This document shows, piece by piece, positions 8,738-18,499 of a stretch of DNA of 64,000 nt. Under the pieces are notes generated by a model. The model made no database searches and was not told where the DNA came from. It saw only the letters and a program-made list of their open reading frames with translations. Within the stretch, counting starts at the first letter, position 1; the number at the start of each line of letters is the position of its first letter. This DNA is from Sedimentisphaerales bacterium (GTDB taxonomy: Bacteria; Planctomycetota; Phycisphaerae; Sedimentisphaerales; SM23-30). The stretch lies in the NCBI GenBank assembly GCA_963666285.1, contig OY762711.1, one strand, 5' to 3'. The position numbers were made by a program, and so were the translations under genes.

Positions 8738-10702
8738 ATGGTTCGCACAACACAATTAATTATAGCTTTATTAATATTATCATGGCAAAACACAAGCTTT
8801 GGCCAGAGGGCCATTGTCCAAATCAATGAGGAAGAATTTCAGGACAGGGTTTATGCCTGCTGGCTAGGTAAAAATATTGGAGGCACTCTAGGCATGCCCT
8901 TCGAAGGCCAACGCGAGATGCATGATATAAGCTACTACACCAATTTGAAACCGGGAGAACCTGCCGCTAATGACGATTTAGACCTTCAATTGCTTTGGCT
9001 CAAAGCACTTGAGGAGAATAATGGAAAAGTAGATGCCCGCACTCTGGGGCAATACTGGCTGAAATACATTCCGGTCAACTGGAACGAATACGGTGTCTGT
9101 AAGGAAAATATGAAACAGGGAATTCTACCACCAGTTTCGGGGGCTTTCAATAACGAACAATGGAAACACAGCAATGGCGCTTGGATACGAACAGAAATCT
9201 GGGCGTGTATAGCACCCGGCTGTCCGGGTCTGGCAGCAAGTATGGCCCGCGAAGATGCCTGTGTTGACCATGGCCAGGCTGAAGGGACCATGGCAGCAAT
9301 ATTTATTGCAGCAATCGAGAGTGCCGCTTTTATCGAGCACGATAGAGATAAATTGATAGCAATTGGCCTGGAGATGATCCCTCAGGATTGCCAGGTAAGC
9401 CTCGCTGTTAAAGCGGCACAGAAAGCATATCGCGAAGGCAAAGACTGGAAAACCGCTCGAGCCGAGACAAACAAAGCCAGTGAACAAACTGGATGGTTTC
9501 AGGCACCTCGAAACGTTGGTTATGTAGTTTTAGGCTGGCTATATGGCGAAGGTGATTTTGGCAAAAGTATAAGCCTGGCAGTTAATTGTGGTGATGATAC
9601 CGACTGTACCGGAGCTACACTTGGTTCAATCCTGGGTATAATAAACGGAAGCAAAGGCATTCCGGCACAATGGAAAGACCCTATTGGACTTGAGATAAAA
9701 ACATGCGCAATCAGCGGTTTCAATGCACCTGCAAATATAAATAATTTGACAGACCGAACTGTTGCTATGGCACGTAAAGTGATGGCATATCATAAAATGC
9801 CGGTCGAGCTGACAAAGCATAAATCGAATTTTAGCCGCGCTAACGAACTGAAACTAAACGATACATCAACCGCCCGGAAACTCTGGCACCTCTCTCCCTG
9901 GCAGGTAATATGGAACGAACCGGAAATTCAGACTACAATTGATTTTCAGCAGGAACCATATATCTTAACCGGCAGGCAGCGTCAGATATCTATCAGTCTT
10001 AAATCAAGGACCAAATCAGCTCAAACAATAAAAGCTGCATTAGAAGGACTGCCGTCAGACTGGCAAGTCAGCGATTTGCCGGACTCTCCTCTTGTTCTTG
10101 AAACCGAAAACAGTGTTCAGCAATTCAATATTAACTTTCTAACAACACTACATGAGTCCGGCCCGGCCCAGATGACACTATTGCTGAACCTTGGCACAAA
10201 AATTATTCGCATCCCACTGACTCTAATCTTAAAAGAAGTGGTAGGCCCCGACGATCTGGCATTATCTGCAAATGGTGCTGTCGCAATATCAGATGGAGAA
10301 CTCGACAGGGAACCTGGCTGCACACCGGAAGCTATCGACGGGATTATCGCGAGCAGCTGGGATTTCAGTAATCGCTGGCATTCATCAATAAATACCCCTC
10401 ACCCCCACTGGCTGGAAATCAGGCTGCCGCAGCGACAGACCATAGGGAGAATGATAATTCGTTTTGCTGACCCGCAAGGCTACCCTACTGACTTCGAAGT
10501 GTATGCCCAATTAATCGATGGCCAAAAGAAAATAATTGCAAAAGTATCGGACAACAAAAATACCAGGAAATATCTCTGTGACTTTGAACCAGTTAAAACT
10601 GATACCGTTAGAATTATTATTAATAATTCAGCTAATCCGGCTTACCCATATGCCGCACAGATCAGTGAATTTGAAATATATCCACCGAAACAACAACATT
10701 AA
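8738..10702 (+). CDS. Secreted ADP-ribosylglycohydrolase-family protein with C-terminal F5/8 type C (discoidin/CBM32-like) domain
   Basis: Signal peptide; GGTLGMPFEG, NDDLD, SNGAWIR, GDDTDCTGAT motifs; C-terminal AIDG..RWHS..PHWLEIRL..QISEFEIY. Confidence 0.85.
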   Translation: MVRTTQLIIALLILSWQNTSFGQRAIVQINEEEFQDRVYACWLGKNIGGTLGMPFEGQREMHDISYYTNLKPGEPAANDDLDLQLLWLKALEENNGKVDARTLGQYWLKYIPVNWNEYGVCKENMKQGILPPVSGAFNNEQWKHSNGAWIRTEIWACIAPGCPGLAASMAREDACVDHGQAEGTMAAIFIAAIESAAFIEHDRDKLIAIGLEMIPQDCQVSLAVKAAQKAYREGKDWKTARAETNKASEQTGWFQAPRNVGYVVLGWLYGEGDFGKSISLAVNCGDDTDCTGATLGSILGIINGSKGIPAQWKDPIGLEIKTCAISGFNAPANINNLTDRTVAMARKVMAYHKMPVELTKHKSNFSRANELKLNDTSTARKLWHLSPWQVIWNEPEIQTTIDFQQEPYILTGRQRQISISLKSRTKSAQTIKAALEGLPSDWQVSDLPDSPLVLETENSVQQFNINFLTTLHESGPAQMTLLLNLGTKIIRIPLTLILKEVVGPDDLALSANGAVAISDGELDREPGCTPEAIDGIIASSWDFSNRWHSSINTPHPHWLEIRLPQRQTIGRMIIRFADPQGYPTDFEVYAQLIDGQKKIIAKVSDNKNTRKYLCDFEPVKTDTVRIIINNSANPAYPYAAQISEFEIYPPKQQH

Positions 10703-10917
10703 ATAGAGAAAATGGATGCTGAGATTGCCGGCCACTTACATATTTCGCCAAAGGCAAATAAATGACTTTCAGACACTTCCACATCTCCAGTATTTTACAA
10801 ATATAACAACACTGTTTTAAAAGCATGAAAAGGTATATCCCCCAGGGGCAAATTCAATATCCATCCTGACATCTAATACTATACAAAACACGATGCCCGC
10901 CTGCGGGAATTTCTCTT

Positions 10918-12081
10918 TTATCCCTTACCTGTTGTTGATATACCTTTTAGTTTGCTTATTAATTGATCGGAATTAAGCGAGGCTTTTTTGGCGACATCAT
11001 GAGATATCATATCCTTTTGAACAAGTTCAACCAGCGAATCGTTATAGTTTCTCATCCCTGCCGATTTCTGCTTTTCTATAGCATCTGCAAGTATAGAACT
11101 TGATTCACCTTCCTCGATATATTGTCGAACTGCTGCATTATTGATCAAAACTTCCGTTGCCGGTACCCGCCCGCAAACCTTACCGTCGGTACCAATCATT
11201 GGAACCAGCATCTGGTTCATAATAGCAATTAGATTATTTGCCAGGTTTGCTCTCACACCTGGCTTTTCATCTTCTGGAAAATAATTCAGAATTCGATCAA
11301 AAGTTGACGGAGCTGTTCCCGTATGCAAAGTTGTTAGGACTAGATGACCGGTTTCAGCCGCTCTTATAGCACTGTCAATTGTCTCTTTATCACGCATTTC
11401 TCCGACCAGAATAACATCCGGGTCTTCTCGAACTGCCGCCTTCAGTGCATAGTCAAAAGTATCGAAATCTTCACCCAGCTCTCTTTGATTGATTATACAT
11501 AGCGTCCCCAGGAATTGATATTCAATTGGATCTTCAATAGTTACAATATGCTTTCTTTCGTTATTATTAATATAATTGATCATTGCTGCCAGAGTAGTGG
11601 ATTTCCCGCTTCCTGTCTCTCCGCCAACTACAATTATACCCTTGGAGTTCTCCGTTATTGTTTCTTCATAAATATCTGGCAGATTAAGTTGCTTAAAATC
11701 GGGTATATCAGGCCGTATTTTCCTGATTGCAATACTCATCAGGCCGCGCGACTTGTATAATTGAGTTCGATATCTGATAGTAGCGTTTCCTTTGGGTACT
11801 TCAAATGCATAGTCAACACTGCCATGTTTATGATATAACTCCATTAACCTGTTTGATCTTTTCTCATATTCCGGCGTACCTTTTTTACCAAAGGTGGTTT
11901 CAGCCATATGAAATACGGTTCCTTCATCCAATTTACCGGCATCTAAATTATGTATCCCATCAGCCACCCTTATCGATACCGGACAATTAGATTTCAGATG
12001 AAGGTCAGAAGCATTAAACCTTTCGACAATACTTAGATAAACAAGTAAATTTGCCTTATCAACTTCTTTGTTCTCTACCAT
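10918..12081 (-). CDS. PilT/PilU-family type IV pilus retraction ATPase
   Basis: ASDLHL, Walker A GETGSGKSTT, TIEDPIEY, REDPDVILVGEMRD, AETGHLVLTTLHT. Confidence 0.95.
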   Translation of the reverse strand: MVENKEVDKANLLVYLSIVERFNASDLHLKSNCPVSIRVADGIHNLDAGKLDEGTVFHMAETTFGKKGTPEYEKRSNRLMELYHKHGSVDYAFEVPKGNATIRYRTQLYKSRGLMSIAIRKIRPDIPDFKQLNLPDIYEETITENSKGIIVVGGETGSGKSTTLAAMINYINNNERKHIVTIEDPIEYQFLGTLCIINQRELGEDFDTFDYALKAAVREDPDVILVGEMRDKETIDSAIRAAETGHLVLTTLHTGTAPSTFDRILNYFPEDEKPGVRANLANNLIAIMNQMLVPMIGTDGKVCGRVPATEVLINNAAVRQYIEEGESSSILADAIEKQKSAGMRNYNDSLVELVQKDMISHDVAKKASLNSDQLISKLKGISTTGKG

Positions 12082-12846
12082 ATTTTATACCCCACAAAAT
12101 TAATTCATTTTTAGTAAACTTATAATACAACTTCTGGAAACTTATCTTAAGCGATAAGCTTATCCAAAATAACAAATGTCATTAATAACATGTACCGATT
12201 TCAATATTTGATATAGAAAGCTTATGAGATTGAGCAATTAAAGCCTGACTGGGCCGACTGTTTCAGCATCGACAAAGAAAGGATATATACTAACACACGC
12301 GATTGTAATTACCACACTCTTCATGCCAGACTCCGTAATCGCACTTAAATTACATATAAAAGACTAATAAGAACCATTTTATTGCTGGGACCAGTGAATT
12401 TCAAATTAATTTGTAATAAACTTACGCCGGCATGCCGACAGCCTGAGCCATATATTAGATATTTAGAATTTAACCACTGGCATTAGAGAAGGAACCGCCT
12501 TTGGCAAGACATACGCTATTAGCTGACTCAACAAACACCTGAAACCCGCCTTCGCCACCTAACCTGCGCATAATACCTTACGTAACAACAACTTAACACA
12601 ATAAGAATGTCCGCCCCCAACCAAAGAGCTGCAAGTTCAAGCCCGCATACAACAATTCAGCATAACCATCTGCAATTACAATAGTTAAACAAACCTCCAC
12701 CTCCTCCTGCTTTTCAATACGACACACTTATAATCAGGCTGGAAACCACAAAGTTTTAAATAATCAGACCTGTCGCTAAAGAACAAAAGTAATGGTTCCG
12801 ACATAATATATATAAGCAGCAAAAATAATCACCAATAAGGAAATAT

Positions 12847-13173
12847 ATGAAAAAGTGCCCATTTTGTGCCGAAGATATCCAGGATGAAGCCATCAAATGC
12901 CGTCATTGTGGGGAATTTCTTGATAAAACACACAAATCAGATGCAAATAACAAGTGGTACTTTTCCACATCTGCAATCGTTATAGGCCTGGCTACTTTAG
13001 GACCGCTGGCACTGCCCCTGGTATGGTTCAACCCCAAATACAATGCCGCCGCTAAAATCATTGTCACTATCGCTATTTTTGCCCTTACCTATTTCCTCTG
13101 TTATTTAATGGGAAAGGCGTATCAAAACTTAGTGCAGGAACTTAACAATCTTGGACTGAATCAGCTGCAATAA
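12847..13173 (+). CDS. Zinc-ribbon membrane protein
   Basis: CPFCAEDIQDEAIKCRHCGE followed by two hydrophobic helices; AAGGA RBS. Confidence 0.8.
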   Translation: MKKCPFCAEDIQDEAIKCRHCGEFLDKTHKSDANNKWYFSTSAIVIGLATLGPLALPLVWFNPKYNAAAKIIVTIAIFALTYFLCYLMGKAYQNLVQELNNLGLNQLQ

Positions 13174-13389
13174 CCCGTCACCAATCTACTATTACAATTT
13201 TACCCTGACACATAATTTCAAAAATGATATAATGATAATTGTATCGGAAAACCGCAATTTTGAATATCTATTAACTGTGGTTAATTTATATATACACATA
13301 CACTGAAATTCAAGTTAGTATTTTGTTACAAAAAAACTAAAGGATGACCTCATAACAGAGGTTGCCAAAATAGATCGGATCGAATTAAT

Positions 13390-14514
13390 ATGAAAAAAGC
13401 ATTATACGCCTTCTCTGGTGACCCCATAACATACGGTCACATAGATATAATAAAAAGAGCTTCAAAAGCATTCGATCATGTTACTGTCGGCATAGGAGTC
13501 AACCCCCAAAAGAATTACCTGTTTTCACTGGATGAACGAACCCAACTGGCAGAAATCTCTTTAAGAGGAATACCAAATACAAAGGTTATACCCTTTTCTG
13601 GAATGCTTGTCGATTATGCCTACGAAAACAGTATCGAAGTAATCGTAAAAGGGGTCAGAAACTCGGAAGACTTCAGCTATGAAAACGTGCTCCACCAGGT
13701 CGGCGAAAGTCAAAAGCTTGGCATCGACACCCATATATTATTTGCCAGGCCGCACCTTGTACACGTCAGCTCCAGTGCCGTTAAAGAAATACAAAGAAAC
13801 CAGGGTGACATTCACGATTATGTACCCCTGTGCGTAAAACAGAAACTTGAAGAAAAAATCAGTAATCAATATATAATCGGTATCACCGGCGAAATGGGGG
13901 CAGGCAAATCATACATCAGCCAAAAGCTATGTGAATCTAAATGCGACATACCTGTCCACAATATTGAACTTGACCATATTGGCCACCAGATTCTGGAAGA
14001 GCTTTCCGACCCGGCATATAAAAATATCAGGAAAGAAATTGCCGATAATTTTGGCCGCGAGCTCTTAAGACCGGATAGCTTCATAGATCGTAAAACTCTG
14101 GGCAATATTGTTTTTAACGATGTCGAAAAGCTTCAAAAACTGAATAACCTGCTCTACACGCCAATTAATATAAGGCTTAGAAAAGCAATACAAGGCATGT
14201 CCGGCATAATACTCATAAATGCCGCATTATTAGCAGAAACAGATATGCTCCACATATGCAATAACAATATTATTTTACTAAACGTATCCAAAAATGCACA
14301 ATGCGAAAGACTCAAATTTAGAAACCTGAACCAAAACCAGATTGATACGAGAATTTCCTGCCAGTATCACTACGATCAAAAAATATCTAAAATTGAGAAA
14401 ATAATAAATCGGGACAACTATGGCAAGCTGTGGACTATTGACAGCAATGAAGAATTTTCTGACCAAAAAGCAGACACACTACTTGAAGAAATAAAAAAAT
14501 ATTTTTCGATATGA
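13390..14514 (+). CDS. coaD: Fused pantetheine-phosphate adenylyltransferase / dephospho-CoA kinase (CoaD-CoaE)
   Basis: N-half DPITYGHIDII, KGVRN..DF.YE, VSSSAVKE; C-half IIGITGEMGAGKS, IDRKTLGNIVFND. Confidence 0.88.
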   Translation: MKKALYAFSGDPITYGHIDIIKRASKAFDHVTVGIGVNPQKNYLFSLDERTQLAEISLRGIPNTKVIPFSGMLVDYAYENSIEVIVKGVRNSEDFSYENVLHQVGESQKLGIDTHILFARPHLVHVSSSAVKEIQRNQGDIHDYVPLCVKQKLEEKISNQYIIGITGEMGAGKSYISQKLCESKCDIPVHNIELDHIGHQILEELSDPAYKNIRKEIADNFGRELLRPDSFIDRKTLGNIVFNDVEKLQKLNNLLYTPINIRLRKAIQGMSGIILINAALLAETDMLHICNNNIILLNVSKNAQCERLKFRNLNQNQIDTRISCQYHYDQKISKIEKIINRDNYGKLWTIDSNEEFSDQKADTLLEEIKKYFSI

Positions 14515-15131
14515 TGGAAACTAAGTATATACAATTATGCAGCAGGTTAAATCTGGCAGGTAATATAAAAAACGAATATAGCTTACTTGTAAAACAATAT
14601 TCTGAGCCTGGCAGATTTTATCATAATATCAATCACATTAAAATGTGCCTGGATGAATTTGAAAATGTTTCTCATTTATCTGACCACCCGGACATTATAG
14701 AATTTGCCATTTGGTATCATGACATTATCTACGATGTGTCCGGCTCCGACAACGAAGAGCAAAGTGCCCGGGTTGCAATAGATATTTTTCAAAATAATAG
14801 TATCAAACCGGCCATGATCAACAGCCTGCGTGAACTCATTCTTGCCACAAAACATAATGCCGCTCCTGATTCTATCGACCAGAAAATCATCATCGATATT
14901 GACCTTTCAATCTTAGGTCAGGATAAACATATATTTAATGAATATGATCGGGCTATCAGAAAAGAATACTCCCATGTACCGGTAGAAGTTTACAACGATG
15001 CAAGATGTAAAATACTAAAAACCTTTCTCGATAGAACTACTATCTATTCCCTGCCGTATTTCATTGACAAATACGAGATACAGGCCAGAAACAATCTTAA
15101 AAACGCCATTATCTCCCTGACCGAATCATAA
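14511..15131 (+). CDS. HD-superfamily metal-dependent phosphohydrolase (COG4339-like)
   Basis: RFYHNINH, AIWYHDIIY, NEEQSA, ILATKH, DIDLSILG, IRKEY; ATGA overlap with coaDE. Confidence 0.88.
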   Translation: MMETKYIQLCSRLNLAGNIKNEYSLLVKQYSEPGRFYHNINHIKMCLDEFENVSHLSDHPDIIEFAIWYHDIIYDVSGSDNEEQSARVAIDIFQNNSIKPAMINSLRELILATKHNAAPDSIDQKIIIDIDLSILGQDKHIFNEYDRAIRKEYSHVPVEVYNDARCKILKTFLDRTTIYSLPYFIDKYEIQARNNLKNAIISLTES

Positions 15132-15302
15132 CCTTTCAAAAAAATGTGAAGTATATGAATGGCAGTACTATAATGATGAAAGTGTAACTGGCTCTGATAT
15201 TGATTTCTTCTACCCTGTTGAAGATTTATTTTTTGGGGTTATAAAGGAATATGGACATAGTAGATATTTCAATAAAAACAAAAATTGGTTTCCAGAGAAA
15301 AC

Positions 15303-15324
15303 TAAAAGGGGTCCGTCCCTTTTA
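15303..15324. repeat. Short palindrome TAAAAGGG-GTCCGT-CCCTTTTA (REP-like or bidirectional terminator)
   Basis: Perfect 8-bp inverted repeat at the junction of two convergent gene fragments. Confidence 0.5.
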
Positions 15325-15325
15325 A

Positions 15326-15871
15326 TTATCTTTTCTCATCTGCTGCCATATCTCGAACACCCTGGGTGTCCATACCGGCCCTTACCAGTACCCGGGATGT
15401 TCTCGGCAAGGTATAGCTGATCTTATTATCTGACCGGGCAAGGGCGACATTCTGCGGGGTGACACGAGTGCCGCCGGAAGTAATTATCGGGTCATAAACG
15501 GCGGTATTGTCCTGGTTCTTCGCCTCAATTGTAAAAAAGTATGCCTCGTCACCCGCAATAGTGCCGCTATTGTCTTTACCATCCCAGCGGGCAGAATGTA
15601 CGCCTGCCGGGCGGCTGGTCCAGTCCTGCAAGAGCTTTATCTGTTCCTGCTGCGGGCCGTAGATGATGATACGCGTCTGGGCATCGTCGCTGAGTGTGTA
15701 TTTGATGCTGGCATATTGACCTGCCGAAGAAATGTTCAGCTCTGTCGGGAATGCCATAACCTGGTCGATTTTGAGGGTTTCGGCTGACAACTGCTGCGGC
15801 ATAAGCAATAATGCCAAAAGGGCAATCCCGGAAAACCAGCATTTTGTATTTATCTTTTCAATCTCTATCAT
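15326..15871 (-). pseudogene. Secreted FlgD Ig-like domain protein, probably 3'-truncated
   Basis: Signal peptide; IKYTL..AGVHSARWDGKDNSG..YFFTIEA; a second repeat (ISYTLP..VLVRAG) breaks off. Confidence 0.65.
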
Positions 15872-15932
15872 AATATTTCCTTGTTAATATACAATTATGT
15901 ACATCTTTTAGACCCTTTAATTCTCCATATAT

Positions 15933-16175
15933 TCAAGTAAAATGTACGCGTTGAATTAGAAGCAATACCGAAATCAGTGTAAATACAAACAAAAACATTT
16001 CAATAACACTTCCTCTTCCAAATATTTTCATAAGCCATATGTATATTAGCACAGAAAATATACTAATACATATATCCCATTTTATACTATTTACGCTTAA
16101 GAGACCATGTATAAGCAAAATCATACTCAATACTATTTCAAGCATATAATCTTTTAATATATTTAGTGTTTTCAA
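15933..16175 (-). CDS. Small membrane protein, putative Rhs immunity paralog 2
   Basis: 80 aa, hydrophobic; near-identical paralog of 16219-16461. Confidence 0.7.
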   Translation of the reverse strand: MKTLNILKDYMLEIVLSMILLIHGLLSVNSIKWDICISIFSVLIYIWLMKIFGRGSVIEMFLFVFTLISVLLLIQRVHFT

Positions 16176-16218
16176 GGGTAACCTTCATTCTTGTATTTAC
16201 TATAATTATTTAGCATGC

Positions 16219-16461
16219 TTAAGAGAAGAAAATGCGTTGTATCAGAAGCAATAATGAAACCATTGAAAATGCAGCCATAAACATTTCAATAGCACTTCCT
16301 CGTCCAAATATTTTCATAAGCCATATGTATAATAGTACAGAAACTAAACTAATACATATATCATATTTTATGCTATTCACGCTTAAGAGACCAGGTATTA
16401 GCAAAATAACACTCAACACTATTTCAAGCCTATAATTTTTTAATAAATCAATTATTTTCAA
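16219..16461 (-). CDS. Small membrane protein, putative Rhs immunity paralog 1
   Basis: 80 aa, hydrophobic; just downstream of the Rhs C-terminus; AGAAAGGAAAG RBS upstream. Confidence 0.7.
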   Translation of the reverse strand: MKIIDLLKNYRLEIVLSVILLIPGLLSVNSIKYDICISLVSVLLYIWLMKIFGRGSAIEMFMAAFSMVSLLLLIQRIFFS

Positions 16462-16539
16462 TAGTAACTTTCCTTTCTTATTATAGGTACTATTATCACT
16501 CTATTTTCACCAATACGGCTAATTGTGACTTTCTTATTC

Positions 16540-17954
16540 CTAATTACCGGACATCTCATCCTCAGTTTGCCAATTATCATATAAAACATAAGAAGTACCA
16601 GCAGCAATTGTTGGTACGCTCCACCCGATTCCATCAAGTAAATAATCATGAGCATGTCCCTTAAATAATTCTTTTTGGGTCATTTGTCTTAAGCCACCTG
16701 TGGTAGCATCGTATAATTGACCATAATAAAATTCACCTGTCTGAATATTATATGCTCCTGGACCGGGGGTTCGCAAAATACCAGTTTTATTTTGAACGTA
16801 GGATAAAGGGCTTCTAATTTTGGGCTTAATCAAACCTGATGGGTTAACTTCTACAGTGTGCGTTGTTCTACTTGGTTTTACAAAAGTTTTAGAAACTCGA
16901 CCAAATGTAGTTTCAGGTAATTGGGTCTTTTCAAGTGCCCAACCAGAATACCTACCATTAAGAAAACCACTTGATTCAATTCCAGCTTTTCCAGCCTCAT
17001 CAGTTAAATGAATAGCAGAATTAGTATAACGAACAAAATCATCAGAAAATTGTGCTGCACCATACTTCATAGCCTGTTTTGCTGCTAACTGAGGAAATAC
17101 TTTTACACTTGTCATTCCTAGAAGCTCGGCAACTTGAGCTTCACCACCTGTTGCTAAGAATAATGTTAGTTGAAGAGTATAATCCAATGCTCGAACTGTG
17201 GTTGCCTTAAGACTTTCTTTATACCACTTTAATTTTTTGACATCTTCAAAAAATTCTCTATATTGCTTTGCTGTTAAACCATGAGAATCTATAAATATAG
17301 TATCTTTTCTTTTGTCATATATTGCTCGATCAAGTGAATCAGCTATCTCACGACCATTTTGGCTATACGTCTGAATGGCCATTGAACCAGATTCCATATA
17401 CATATGAAGAACCAATGCACCTTCTTTAAAAGATAATAAATCACCCAAGCATTTAATTCGTTTATCATCAGGAACATAAGGTTTGTTTTTCCAATGTTCT
17501 ACAAAGTCCTTGCTCATCTCCAACCCCAGCGGATCGGTACCATTCACGCCCATGTAGGCGTTGTAGAGGTTTAGTCCGTCGGCGAATTTGCCCGTGCGGC
17601 TTCGCACCCTGCCGGGTCTTCGCTGAGCCATCGACCGTGGAGCGGGTCGTACTCGCGGAAGTGGGTGTGGTAGAGGCCGGTGAACTGGTCGCGATACATG
17701 CCGCACCATCCGAACGGGATGAATTGCGAGCGGCCGAGGTTGACAGCGGGAGCATCGAGACGCATTTTTGGTACATCTACTGTGCCGGTAGAGTCGTAAG
17801 CTTTGCATAGTCCAGTTGAATTGTAAAAGAGCTTTTCGATGACATTCCCGGCAGTGTCAGCCACACCGACTATTGTGCCGCGATCATCGCGAATCGGGAC
17901 ATAACCAAATTTCTGGCCCGGGCAGTCCGGATCATCATACCGTTCAATACACAT
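16540..17954 (-). pseudogene. Orphan Rhs core tip + C-terminal toxin domain, frameshifted
   Basis: Frame A: PFGWCGMYRDQFTGLYHTHFREYDPLHGRWLSEDPAG; frame B: FADGLNLYNAYMGVNGTDPLGL + ~325-aa CT; joined by removing 20 nt (17587-17606); GC drops after DPLGL. Confidence 0.85.
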
Positions 17955-18499
17955 AGTGTATGATTTGGTCCGATCGCTCGTGAGGTAAGCAATGATAAAG
18001 TAATTATTTATACCACGCTCTAACGGGCAATCTCAATTGTTTAGGGTATGTCAATGCCAGATCAGTCAGTCCCTGACCATAATATTAACGACTAAGCAGA
18101 AGATTGTCAATGAGACTATATTTTCTGAGTCTCCGATCTATCTACATACGAGATAAGTATTAAAATGCAGACAAAATCTATGGACAAACTATCACACCCT
18201 AGGCATTTATCCAAGTCTTCGGCTCCGCCGACAACACACCTCTGGCAACACCGAGCGAAATGAAATCCACCTCAGGCGGAGCTCTCCACATACCGGCACC
18301 AGGCAGCCGTCCCCGTTAAAAATCTTGAGCTCATCGATAACCCTGAGCATAAAACAACCGTCGCACTACCTCCGAGACCTGCCCGTTCAACTTCGCTTAT
18401 TGTATTCACTTATACATCAACACATAAAAACAGCTTCGCCGCTAGGCGATTCCTTCACATCATTGGACTTGTCCAATGATGTGCCAGAGTGCGCAGCAC

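Noticed and set aside
8444..8759. Short hydrophobic ORFs upstream of the ARH gene
   Set aside because: No RBS or recognisable motif; they overlap each other
12082..12846. Long gap between pilT and the zinc-ribbon gene
   Set aside because: No ORF, repeat or RNA structure I could support; likely divergent promoters
17587..17808. First ~75 aa of the 422-aa ORF (MQSLRLYRHS...)
   Set aside because: Off-frame translation of the Rhs core; the real frame is that of the 17571-17954 ORF
8738..17954. ARH protein as immunity to the ART-like Rhs toxin
   Set aside because: 6 kb apart, opposite strands, unrelated genes between, and the ARH is exported with a sugar-binding-type domain
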